Assembly (NCBI GenBank): GCA_009602725.1
Contig: WELB01000025.1
Coordinates: 391,276 to 455,275, forward strand
Direction of reading: 5' to 3'
From: Spirogloea muscicola
Taxonomy: Eukaryota
DNA length: 64,000 nucleotides
The stretch's first letter is position 1, and each line of letters starts with the position of its first letter. This document shows, one piece after another, positions 23,380 to 35,560 of this stretch. A model generated the notes under the pieces. That model made no database searches. It saw only the letters and a list, made by a program, of their open reading frames with translations, and was not told the origin of the DNA. The position numbers were made by a program, and so were the translations under genes.

Positions 23380-26300
23380 ACAATGCGTTGCCCTAGCGAC
23401 ACTTAGAGGCAATCCGGAAGGTACGAATAAGTCCTGAGGACAGTGGTAGGAGAATTAGCCCTGAAGCGCTTGTTGCGTTGTCGGCCCAATGTTCCTATAT
23501 TCATATGGCACGCCTTCCCGAGGAAAGGCCAGAACAGGCGGAGATGTCAAACCCTGATGAAATCCTCAAATGCCCCCTGGCATTCGGACGACCACTCCCC
23601 ATGGTACGTCCTTACGAGTCAGTTTCGTACGATAAAGTGCCCATAGCCTCGTAGGAACTTACGGAAGTAATTTGCGACTCCCAGAAAGGAGCGCAACATC
23701 AGTACATTCCGTGGCACAGGCCAATCCAGTACAACCGAAGTCTTCTTGGGGTCGACAACGTATGCCGTCTTTGCCTACGACATGCTCAAGGTATGTCAGC
23801 TCTTGCTGGTAAAATGCGCACTTGGACCTCTTGGCATACAACTGATTCGCACGCAATAACTGAAGCACTCGGCGCAGGTGCCCAAAGTGATCCTTCGGCG
23901 TTTTTCTGAACACCAGTATGTCGTCCAAGTAAACCAGCACAGAATCATAGAGCAGGGGGCCAAAGGCCTCGTCATCACAGCCGCAACGTAGCCGGTGCAT
24001 CGGTCAATTGAAGCTCAGCACCATGAAGTGAAAGTGTCCGAGTGGCTTACGGAACGCCGACTTCGAAACATCCGCAGGCGTGAAACCAATCTGGTGATAC
24101 CCACTTTGCAGGTCTAGGGAGCTAAACATGGTAGCCTCGGCCAGCCAATTGAACAGATCATCTATCCGAGGCAAAGGGTATCGGTTCTTGATAGTGAGCT
24201 TGTTCAGAGCCCGATAGTCAACGCACATTCAATGACTGCCATCCTTCTCCTTGACAAAGAGGATAGGTGCACCGTAAGGCGACTGAGATGGCTCAATATG
24301 GCCCTTCCGCTGCAGATCCCCCACTTGGGATTGCATTTTCGACGGGCTCAGCCGGTACATGGGACGATACGGCAGAATCACGCCTGGCTCCATTGGAGTG
24401 GTATGAGCCACACCTTGATGAGGAGGTTGACTGTGACGTCCCTGTCCCTAATCACACAGTTAGGGTCAGGAAGTCCTGTTTGGGTTTCGGACATAGGGTG
24501 TTTTGGAGACAACCCCCTTACAGAGTGGAAGGTCAGCGCACCCAGCGCACACGTACGCGCACATAGCGCAGCGGAAGTCTTAACCCAAGGCATCGCCGGA
24601 AGGCGGCGACTCGACCGAGGGTCAGCAGCTGTCCCCGCAGCCATGATACTTACAGAGAGCCGGGAAGGCCCGCAGCGACGAGCTGCAGCGACGGGCTGAG
24701 CAGCAGGCGGCAGCAGCAGAGCTGTGGCGTGCGGCGGCTGCAGCAGCAGGCAGCAGCAGGGCTGTGCCTCTCTTGGCGTCACGGGTCCGACTGAGGAGAC
24801 TGGCCTCGGCCTACTACTGATAAGCGTTCCATCTGCCGCCCACCCCTGAGGGTTTTACGAGGGTCGCCCCCAAGGTCCTCCCATGGAGGGGCGGGCCTGA
24901 CAAGGGGATACGACGAATCCAAGAGACACTGGCGCACAGCGCCAAGGGACTGGCGCCAAGAGAGTGGCGCACCAGGCCAAGAGCCTGGCACAAGGGGCCA
25001 AGGGACTGAGGCCATGAGGCCATGAGTCCAGGCGAGCTGGCCCACCCGGCCGGCCCGCAGCGCGTGGGCCCGAAGGAGAGCTGGCCCCCCGGACAGCCCA
25101 CAGGGCGTGGGCCCGAGCCGTGCGCACGTGGTACGGAGCCCGGGACGTCGAACCGTACTTAACTACATACGGTGGAGCAAAGCTACCGGTGCCGTTTGGG
25201 ACTTCCAAACGGTAGATACGATACGATCACGTAAGATTACCGGCACCGTTGGCACTCTCAAACGGAGGGAACGTTACATAGACCGTCCGGAAAAGAGTCG
25301 GGAGATACATCTGCTAACTCTTCCAGCAACTTATCAAGAACCTCGTCATGTGAATCGGCAGGACTCTCACACGAGTCAGGCTCAGACTCGTCATTCAACG
25401 CCACCATCACAAGATATGCCGTCTGCACAGTGGTCTTGTGAATCAATCGCTTCATGTGCATGTCGGACAGCAGAATGGAAGCTCCTGCCGCCAGCGGCGG
25501 TCCACAGGGAAGCTCGTTGCAAAGGACAAGGCGCCGTGCGCCACGTTGTACAGTACAAGTTTGGCGTTCATAACTAAGTCATGCCGATGTGGCACAAAGC
25601 CAATCATCGCCCAACATTACATCAAATGCAGCAGCCAACACAATGGCGTAACAAGGCACCTCGGCCTTGTATTGCTGAATGCTGATGGGAACTTTGCATA
25701 GACACAGCACATCTGTGGGGTGGCCATCGGCCAATGTCACGGTGGGAAAACCATCTGCTTGCAAATTCAAGCCAGTGGAACACACCAAATAATAAAATCT
25801 GGTGTGTTCCACTGGCTTGAATTTGCAAAAACACTGAGGTTCTTGAGTCCATGAGGATCGTGGCTGGTGCATCAGCAACCAGCCCCTCAAATAGCAAAGT
25901 GTGTAGCCTCACGTACACTGCTACCAGGAACAAGCGAGCAACATATACTCTGACATCTGCCGGGTACCGCCTAAGCTGAGTGACATCAATACTACGCCTA
26001 AGGAGCCTTTGTCCCGCCTCGTGCGAGCGCAACAGAGCTTGATCACTCACGCTGCACCTGTGTGGCACAATAAACAACACAATCTCGTCAGGCCGACGGT
26101 GCGTAGGCCAGCTCAGATGAATGTGTGCTGCCATGTGCAAGTCGTTATGGGCAATCCACACAAGCAGAGGCCCTCCGGCCTCCAGACTTCGCAACAAAGC
26201 AGAAGTTGAGCGCACAACCGGTAGTTTGGATGGCAGGCGAGCTATGTCAGCAAGATCAAACAGCTCACTTACGTCTGGCTAAAGACATGAGATTGCTCTC

Positions 26301-28149
26301 AGAGGCAAGGGTAAGGCACTCACGCTTTCCCTTGGAGTGGCCCTTGTCCCGGCCCCATGAGGCGCTGTAGACGTGGCCTGGAAGAAGAGGGACCTGCCGC
26401 CTGGCAGTCCTTGATCTGATGACCCTTGTCGCCGCAGCGAAAGCAGTCACCACCTTCCACTTGCGGCTTCTGGAAGACGAGCGTTCGACCCCTCCTTTGG
26501 ACAGGACCTCGTCTTGCCTCGCTCTGTTTCTGCAGATCCACCTGCCTCCAGCAGGGGACGCTTGCGCGGCCTCATGTCCGGCGTGCTGGACACCTTCCGG
26601 GCGTACTGCATTTTGTAAAAATCCACAAACGGCTGCGAAGAGCCGTATTCCACTGCGACCCATGTTCGCCTCTTGGCGGGTAGCCCAGCCTTAAAGCGCT
26701 GGCACTTGTCCACCGCCGTCATGGCTCCTTGCGCAGCTTCGAAACCAGCAGCCTGAAGCGCCGCACATAGGGTTAAGAATCTAATCTAGTGCCGCTCATG
26801 CAGATGGCCTCCAACTCGTCGCGAGCCCGAAGCTCAGCATGGATATCGCCATAGGCCGTCACGGGTGAGCTGGAGAAATATTACCAGGTGTTGTACACCT
26901 CGGGCGTCGATGAGTTCTTCAGGGAGTCCCACCACTCACGTGGTTCCCCCTTGAGAGGCACTCTTGCTGTCGCGTCCGTTTCCATCAGAACGAACTATTT
27001 GGACATCTCGCTCAGTTATGACTGCAGCCCACCCCGGTCATCCCGACCGGAGAACTGCCTCAACGCGTGGGCCCCGGCAAGTCCATGCGCAGGGTTGCCA
27101 CTGCTCTTGCGCATCAAATGAACCGCGGCATCGACCCCTTGCGCCTGCCGCTGTTCAGCACGGATCTGGACGAGGTGGGCGCGCTGTTCCTCATGCATCC
27201 CCTCCAGGTAGGCACGAAGGAATGGGTCGCCCAAGTCAGGCTTAGCTGCCTCCAGCTGCTCAGCTTGAGGAGTGCCATGCGTTGCATATCCTCAGCCGAC
27301 AGGCCCTCTTGGCCCACGGCTCCGGGTTCGGCGTGCCCTCATGGGCTTGCCCCGCACCAGCCACTGCCTCAGCAGCTGGCTCTGCAGCAGTCGCTGCCTC
27401 AGCAGCAGACCGCTCTACCTTCCGAGGGAGCTAGGGCGCCCACTGGAAGTGTGCGACTCCAGGCTTTCTGAAGTATACTGAGGGGTTCGAATCAGGCTCC
27501 GGCAGTCAGCATGTCACACACTCCATACTGCAATACAGAGCATCGCAAGACTTGTGCACCAGCGCGCGAGCAAGCAAGGCAGCGCGCTAAGCCATACCTC
27601 CAAACAGCAGGCAGGCAGACTGCCGCAAATATGACCAAGACCAATGCACAAGATCGATGCTGGCCACACGACTAATCTTTACCACAGAAAGGCTGCAGGC
27701 TCAAGCCACACCTCACGGTAGGCGATTTAGCAGCAGGTGGTCCTCAACGGATCAGGCACTCGATGATTGGCGTTGGTCGCTGCAGGCTTAGTGCGTTAAG
27801 ATGAAGCAGCACCTGGCGCTTCCGCTGAGCAGGTTCGCGGACCCACATCTGGCAAGGCACTTTATCTCAACAGACAAAGTCAAGCCAGCACATCAGTCAG
27901 ATTCTTGTATCATCAGCAAGTACGAAATAAAACAAGCGCGATAGATGCAAGACCGCCTCTGATACCAAATGTAAGGACCTCGCTCCTACAAACGCAGTTA
28001 GGGTGAGTGGTCCTTACTATGTTCGGCTGTAAATTCTGGAGCGAACCCACTTTACGGTGAAGAACTAGCGCATAGGCGCAGCGGAAGACAGGCCCTGTGG
28101 CGCCGCTGTCCATCGGCGACTTCACCTCCTGGGCGCAAGCCAGCAGCTG
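23380..28149 (-). pseudogene. Decayed Ty3/gypsy element: truncated 5' LTR end (27970-28149), PBS, gag, protease, RT, RNase H; interrupted by a solo LTR
   Basis: PBS TGGTATCAGAG on - at 27957-27967. Knuckle CFRCGDKGHQIKDC; protease ATILMDS...[55 protein letters not shown]. Confidence 0.92.
24432..25278 (-). mobile_element. Solo LTR, family B, inserted in pol
   Basis: TG...CA termini flanked by TTGAC / TAGAC. Removal rejoins FPDGL|PPHQGVAHT, as in the sister copy [14 protein letters not shown] at ~33930. Confidence 0.92.
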
Positions 28150-29012
28150 TGTAACGTCCCCGCCGTTACGGGCAGCTTAACTTCGAGTTAAGCGCTAACG
28201 TGTGACCCCTAACGCGCACGCGACTAACGCGTGCGACGCGCATGCAACATGCGCGCGACGCGCGAGGAGACTCGCGGTGTGTGACGCCTGCTGACTATGG
28301 AACGTGCAGGCGCGCCGCCTCTGGAATAGGCGGCGCATCTTCGGCTCCCAAAAAGGAGATTCTCGGCGGTTTCTCGAATCGGCCGCCGGGACACGTGTGC
28401 CTCGCCTGCGGGCCCGTGCCGCTCCGAGCTGCGCCGCCAGGCGGCGCCGCAGGGGCGGTTCTGCCGGGCCGCGCCGCAGGACGGCCGCCGCTTCTAGAAG
28501 GGAGCCGCGTGGCCTGCCCTCGTACTAGATTCCCCTTGTCGGGCCCGCCTTCCTGAAGGTGGGCACTAAGACGAGCCTCCCGGAGACCCCTGGGGAGGGT
28601 GGCACATAAAGCACTACAAGTAGGGCTGAGAGCAGACTCGGGGACACACGGTCAACATCAGGGAAGCCCACGAGGAAGAGGCGCGCAGCCCTGCTGCTGC
28701 CTACTGCCGCAGCTCGCCGACGCAGCATCTGCTGCTGCCTGCTGCTGCAGCCCGACGCCGCAAGCCGTCCCTGCGGATCTTCATCGGCTCTCCCGAAGGT
28801 AGACTGTGGCTGCTTCCTTTGGGGACAGTTGCTGCCCCGTAACTGAGAGGTGAGTCGCCGCCTGTCGGCGGCGCCTCAGGGCAAGGTATTCCGCTGCGTA
28901 GTACACGTGGTGCTTCACTGTGCGGGGGTTTTGTCTCTAAAACTCAGCGACCGAAATTAAATAAGGACGTCCTAACCCCTAACTGTGTGTATGTAGGGAT
29001 CAGAACGTCACA
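28150..29012 (+). mobile_element. Complete 5' LTR, family A (863 bp)
   Basis: TGTAACGT...ACGTCACA inverted termini followed by a PBS. Abuts and truncates the LTR of the minus-strand element. Confidence 0.92.
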
Positions 29013-29014
29013 TT

Positions 29015-29025
29015 TGGTATCAGAG
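29015..29025 (+). promoter_or_regulatory. Primer-binding site (initiator tRNA-Met)
   Basis: TGGTATCAGAG 2 nt after the LTR end. Confidence 0.9.
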
Positions 29026-32000
29026 GAGTCCTTGCATCTTGCTAGCCTCGTCATCTGTGATGATACGGCCGACAATGCAAGGTTCCTTCTGATGTTCTGG
29101 CACTGACTAGTCTCTTGTGACTTAGATCCCTTGGCAGACTGTACCCGTGGATCTGCATCGGCGGGCTGATTGGTGCTGTGAACACTCGCCCGATGCATCC
29201 ACGCATCTGGGGTCGGCCAACATCAAGTGGTTCTCCACCCCAGCGGCAATCACAATTGCCAGGTCAGTATTTCGCCTGCATAACCACCTGCGGTCGGCGG
29301 ATTGCCTGTCTGCGTGACAAGGAGGTGAACCGACCGCCGGTGGGCGGCGAATACTGGCTATGTGCCAGAAACTGGTCCGTACACCAGTTCTGGCCCCACC
29401 CTCGGTTCGCTCGTGCTGCTCTGCGTTTTGGGGGTATGACTTGCGCGCTATCTTGGATGCTTTACTTGTCTGGGGCACCAGCCTGCGCAGTAATATTGTG
29501 GTAGTATTGTTTCAGCCGTTTTGTCTTATGCCCTCCTCACGGACGTGATCCCTTAGTGGATTGGTGTAAAGGCATGGAGTAGGCTGACTCGAGTGCGCCA
29601 CCTAGTCCCCCTCCGCCGGCCGTACCTTCGGCTGAGGTCGAGGAGGCGGAAAGTGAGTTGGCGGAGCTCCACGCACCCGACCTGGACGGCCCGACACCGG
29701 CCGAGGTGCAACGCCTTGTGCGTCTTGTGGAGCAAATAGCGCATGCCATCCCCAGTGAGGAATCGCTGGCAGTCCCTGAGTAGGAGGTGCCGCGCAAAGA
29801 AACCCGAAAAAACTTCGCCCGTGTACATGCTGAAGAGCTGCGAGTTGGTCGCGTCAAGGCGGAAAGTACGCTATTCCAGGCAGCTGGGGCGTGCCCAGCC
29901 GTGTCAGCCCTTCAAGTACGATGGGCAAGGTAGTCCTACCGCCTGGTTCCGCGATTTGAACAACTGGTCCATGGTATGCGCGACGCCGTTCGAATTCCGC
30001 GTGGAATTGCAGCTACGTATCTCACAAATGATGCTGCCGCATGTTGGAACGCTGTGAAGTCGTCCTCCCACCCCAGAGTTTTCATCACTTGGGATTACCA
30101 GAGTTCTCACCGCTACGTACGGTTAAAGTACGCGGAACTTTACGCCCGCGGTGACATCAATGTGACGTGGTATGAATTGACCCTGAATTTGTAGGACGTG
30201 TGTGTCCGCAGTCTGTTGTGATAGTTGTACGCTTTGAGCATGGGCTTATGCAAGCGCTGATGGATGAAATATGCTTTGTTGTATGGGCTCCTTCTAATCA
30301 GTTGCAAAAGCTATGAACATGCATACGAGCACGATCAGTTTACACGGTACTAAAGACAGTCATCTTTGTTGGACCGTGCAGTCGTGGAGTGAACCCTCAA
30401 CCTCCGAAGAAGTTGGCTTAGTTGTACCGCCACAAGGCAGGCCACTTCGACGTGAAGTATGGAGTTGATGGCGTTTCTCCAACCACTCCTGCTTGTATCT
30501 GTAGCTCGTAACTATATCCTTACTTGTAAGTACCTCGGTGCCATAGCGCCAACATTAAAGTCCAAGGACTGGAGGCTGGTCGTCCAGCTCATTTCCTTGT
30601 GAACTCAGAGGCTTCTACTTCCTGTATCAGTAAGAATTCTCTGAGCCACAGGGCTTTGGTTGTAGAGCCCACTGCTGTCTTGCAAGCTACACTGGCAAAT
30701 GGACGAAGTGCCAATACTCATTGGCAAACATCGGCTGTGCTGTTGGTCAGCACTGGCTTGCCGGATCCCATCAGTCTTGTACGAGCTGGGCTCTGATGTA
30801 ATAACGCCCATGTCAAGCTAGCCTAGTTGTGGCTTTTGTCCGTGGAAGTTGTGGACTTGATCGTGAGATCAGTACTGTGTGATGCCTCGGCATGGGTGAT
30901 CCCTGCGTTGTACTCACCTTGCCACATCTTTGGTGTCGGCGGCTGGCGCGCCCTCACCCTGCTCTGTGCGTTGGCACACTCCAGACATACTGGAATTGGC
31001 CCTGGTCAGTAGCACCTCTGTGCTATCTATTTCCAGTGCAAGTCCATGGCTCTCCATAGCCGTTGATGATGTTATCACGACTCCGGGCTCAGTGGGTGTA
31101 TTGAGGCGGGAATGACGGATGTTCTCAATGCCCCCCGCAGCACCCGCTGCCTGGAACTCTTCTCGCTTCTATATTCTCTGCGGTACCTACGTATCAAGCC
31201 ACGTGAATCGGGCATGGACGAGACCAGGTGTGGCTCTGTGTCCTGCTCGAGTGGTCTGTCTGTAAGCCCGTATGCGGAGTAGTGAAGATTGCGCCATTGG
31301 CCCAGCTATGTACCTGAGCATCTTTGTGCACTTGAGTGTAAGCTGCCGGCATGAGATGCCTTCAGCTGGCTAGTGCATTTTGAATGACTTTGCGTGGATG
31401 CTCGTCTCCGCCTTTGGCTGTCAAAGGGTTGACATGTACGGGATCGCTATGACCAGCATCCTGGCATGCTGAGTCGAAGGCTCTATTGAAGACGTACTCT
31501 TACATGAATTGTCGTGCGGTGCACCCGTCCTCTTCGTTGTGAAGTAGGCTGAATTTTCGGATGTGCATCGAGTCTGAGCTCTGAACAAGCTCACTGTCAA
31601 GATAGCATGCCTTTTGCTTAGCATTTATGATCTGTAAATCGTCGAGCGGAAGCTTATGCATATAGCCCCCCCGCTCTGCAAAGTGATGATGACCACCGTC
31701 TCACACCCGAGGAAGTCCCGAATTTGGCTTGTTGTAGGCCGCTCGGCTCCTTGTGCTGCAAGATGCTCCGTTTTGGTTTCACCAAAAGCACTTGCCACGT
31801 GTCAGGTTTGACGATAGAAGTCTTTGGCCCCCTACGGTGTGACTCTGTGTTGGTAAAAGGCAGACTGGCGTTCTGTAAATCACCTGAGCTTTACGTACTG
31901 CACCTGCAGCATGTTCTGCAATTGCTGTGTGCAAATCCACCGTATGCCAAATGTGTATGACCAGCCGGAACATCCAAAGGGCATGTTGTGGACCAAGACG

Positions 32001-32627
32001 GGGTTTGCGTCAACGCCACCAAGTAGTAAAGGACTTTAGTAGTCAATGTGCCACGGAACGTGCCGCGAATGCGTTTCCTTTTTGGGATTCGCAAAGTACC
32101 GTAATTCCCTGCAGAAATACGGAAATATGGCATCTCCTCTAACGAAGCTCACTCGTAAGGACGTCAGCTGGGTGGACGTCCGAATGCCAGAAGGCATTTT
32201 AGGATAGCAAACGGGTCCTGGTGCATCCACCCGGTTTGGGCCTTGCCTCGAGAACGAGGTGTGCATTTCAAGTATGTGACGCCTCTTTGATCGGCATTAT
32301 GCTGTTCTCTTGCAGGAGGGTCACCCCGTAGCATTTGAAGGTAACCTCCTTTGTCCCTGCAGAGCGTAACTTCGATACGGGGGAGCAAGAGCTCCTTGCT
32401 GTTGTGCACGCCCCTACACTGTGGCGATGCAATCTCGAGTGCGTTGAATTTACGGTCGTAACGGATCAGTCCCCGTTGACCTACTTTCACACACAACAGC
32501 AATTGAGCAGGCGTCAAGCATCGTGATCTAAGTGCATGTCCACATTCCGTTTTCAGTGATTGTACCACTCTGGAAGTTCATGTTGCGGTTTCGGTGAGCC
32601 GCAACATTGCAGGGCTGCTGTGGCGGC
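29026..32627 (+). pseudogene. Heavily decayed Ty3/gypsy leader, gag, protease, RT and RNase H
   Basis: QPFKYDGQGSPTAWFRDL (gag); FLVNSEASTSCIS...ATLANG (protease); LHLQHVLQLL (RT); AERNFDTGEQELLAVVHA...VTDQSPLTYF (RNase H). Confidence 0.85.
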
Positions 32628-33204
32628 TGTGATGACCCTGACCCTTAACAGCAAAGTCAGGGGTCAGGATGTCCTCATTGGCTTCGGTCGTTGGGCTTTA
32701 GAGACAAAACCCAAGCACAGTGAAAGCACCACGTGTCATACACAGCGGAAGTCTCGCCCTGAGGTGCTGCCGACAGGCAGCGACTCACCTCTCAGGTACG
32801 GGCCAGCGACTGTCACCAAAGGAGCAGTCACAGTCTTACTCACATAGAGCCGATGGAGATCCGCGACGACGGGATGCGGCGACGGGCTGCAGCAGCGGCC
32901 AGCCGCAGGGCTGCATCGGCGGGCTGAGGCAGCAGGCGGCAGCAGGGCTGCGCCTCTCTCTCGCGGGCTTGACTGATGTTGACCCGGGTGTCCCCGAGTC
33001 TCCTCTCAGCCCTACTTGTATTGCTTCATGTGCCACCCTCCCCAGGGGTCTCTGGGAGGCTCGTCTCAGGGTCCACCTTCGGGAAGGCGGGCTCGACAAG
33101 GGGAATCTAGTGCGAGGCAGGCCACGCGGCTCCCTTCTGGAGGCGTCGGCCGTCCTGCGGCGCCGCCGAGCGGCGACCTGCGGCGCCACCTTGCGGCGGC
33201 GCCC
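32628..33204 (-). mobile_element. 3' LTR, family A (5' part deleted)
   Basis: Ends AGGGTCAGGGTCATCACA on -, identical to the end of the 9856-10619 LTR. No PBS follows. Confidence 0.88.
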
Positions 33205-35560
33205 TGGGAAATCGCAACTGTGGCACATTCCGTGGCACCGCCAGTCCGTTACTACTGCAGTCTTTCTGGGGTCGACGCGAACCCCGTCTTTGACCACCAC
33301 ATGCCCTAAGTATGTCAGCTCGGGCTGGTTGAAGACACACTCGGCATACAACTCATTTAAACGGAGCAACTGCAGCACTTGCCGCAGGTGCCGCACATGA
33401 TCTTCAGTCGTTTCCGTGAACACCAGTATGTCATCCAAGTAAACCAGTACGAAATTGTACAGTAGGGGGCCAAAGACCTTCGTCATTACAGCCTGAAATG
33501 TGGCAGGTGCATTGGTCAAGCCAAGATTGAGCACTTTGAATTGGAAGTGACCGAGTGGCGTACGGAACGCCGATTGCGGTACATCCTCAGGTGTAATAGG
33601 AATCTGGTGATAGCCGCTTTGCAAATCGAGGGAGCTGAGCACCTGAGCACACTCCCGCGAGACGATCGAACAGAACATCAATGCGCGGCAACGGGTGCCG
33701 GTTCTTGACTGTGAGCTTGTTCAGAGCTCGATAGTCGATGCACATCCGAAGACTACCATCTTTCTTCTTAACGAAGAGGATCGGTGCACCGTATGGCGAC
33801 TGGGAAGGCTCGATATGCCCTTTTTTTAGCAAATCTTCCACGGAATTGCATCCCGCTAAGTCAGTCGATACATAGGACGGTACGGCGGCGCAGTGCCGGG
33901 CTCCAGAGAAATTGTATGAGCCACGCCTCGGTGAGGAGGCAGACCGTCTGGGAGAATTTCGGGAAACACATCCGAGAATTCTGCCAACATTTTGTCAAGA
34001 GCCGGCCCATGTGAGGCCACATCACTCACTACTCCCGACTCAGAGGGAGACTCAGCACTTATTACCACCAACAGATACACGGGCGAAGCCGGTTCTGCGT
34101 GAAGGAGCCTCTTGAATTGCACAGCCGACAGCTGGATAGAGGAAGCATTCACAGATGGTGGCGCGCGGGGAAAGTCTTTGTGCAATGCAGAACGACGAGC
34201 ACCGCGTTGACCAGAGCAAGTCCGCGCATCGAAGTCAAGCAGGGCCGCAGTGGAACAAGGCCAATTATCGCCCAAAACCACATCAAAGACCGGTGCCAAT
34301 TCAAGGCAAGACACAACCGTCTTATAATTCTGAATGCTAATGGGGACTCGACAGTAGCCCATGACTTCGGCAGTTTGTCCATTAGCCAGTGTAGCTTGAT
34401 AGACATCAATAAGCTTTACAACATAACCCTTGTCGCTTAATAAGATTCTTACTGACGCAGGAGACAGTAAGCCCCGCATCTATAAGGATCTGGACCGCTT
34501 GACCGGCCACCAGTCCTGAAAACATCATAGTTGGTGCTGCGGCAGCAAATGCCGAGGCACTTACAAATGTAGAATAAAACTTTCAGCTACATATACTAAC
34601 AGTTTCGTCCAGGGCGTACTACGTTTGCAACTCGCGACCTCACTTGAGGCGCTTCGCCTTGTGGCGACACAACAATACCAGCCCCAACGGAGGTTAAGGG
34701 ATTACTCTTCGACTGCACGGCACAATGAAGAACACCGGTTATTTAGCACCATGGTGCTAACTGATCCAGCTCAAGTACATGCTCGCAGCTTTCTGCAACT
34801 GATTGGAAGGAAGCCACACAACGAGGGGACTTTCGTTCACCAGTGCTTGCTTAAGCCCATGCACAGAGCGTACTACTGGCATAACAGACAGCGGACACAC
34901 TCGTCCTAAGCGTTCAAAGAGCATCTCCACATCATGCCGATGAAACACCCACAAAGGTGATAGGGAGGGGGACTCACTTTTTGCTTTTCTCTTGTACGAG
35001 CCCTTTGGGCGGATCGATGCAGGCTTGGTAGGTTGGGACGTCGACGGTTGCAGGCAGTCTCAAATCCGGTGGCTCTTTTAGCCACATCGGTAACAAGCCC
35101 TGTCCTCCGCTGGGACGAACTTCGCTGCGGCCTTGGCTGGCGCCGACCACGATGGTGGCCCAGACCTACCACCTGGCTTGAACCCGGACTTGGGCTTGAA
35201 GCGCTTTGTGGATGACGGCCCCGACTTATCCCCATCTTCCTCCTGGAGGAATCGCTTGCGCGTTGGCTACACTGAGTACGACTGACGAGCTTGCTCGATG
35301 AGCTTCTCCAAGGTCGTCACCGGCTGGAAGGTAGTCTTGTCCACTGGCGACATGACCGCAATGCGCTGTGGCAGACCAGCTTTGAAGCGCTGTACTTGGT
35401 CCTTGGCGTCCATGGACCCACACTTCACCAGCAGCATATGAAACCGCCGGACATAGTCCTCGTAGTCGTCTCCTCGCATGCGGATTGCATCGAGTTCAGT
35501 ACGGGCCTTCAGCTCCGCGTGGAGTTCGCCGTACATAAAAGTCAACGACCTCTTAAAGAA
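33205..35560 (-). pseudogene. Decayed Ty3/gypsy gag C-terminal half, protease and RT
   Basis: FKRSLTFMYGELHAE...DQVQRFKAGLP (gag); ILLDAG-like site and VFDVVLGDNW (protease); [42 protein letters not shown] (RT). Confidence 0.92.

Noticed and set aside
26315..26335. Programmed -1 frameshift site GGGAAAG at the end of gag
   Set aside because: The heptamer phase does not fit X XXY YYZ in the apparent gag frame, and the copies are too decayed to fix the frames.
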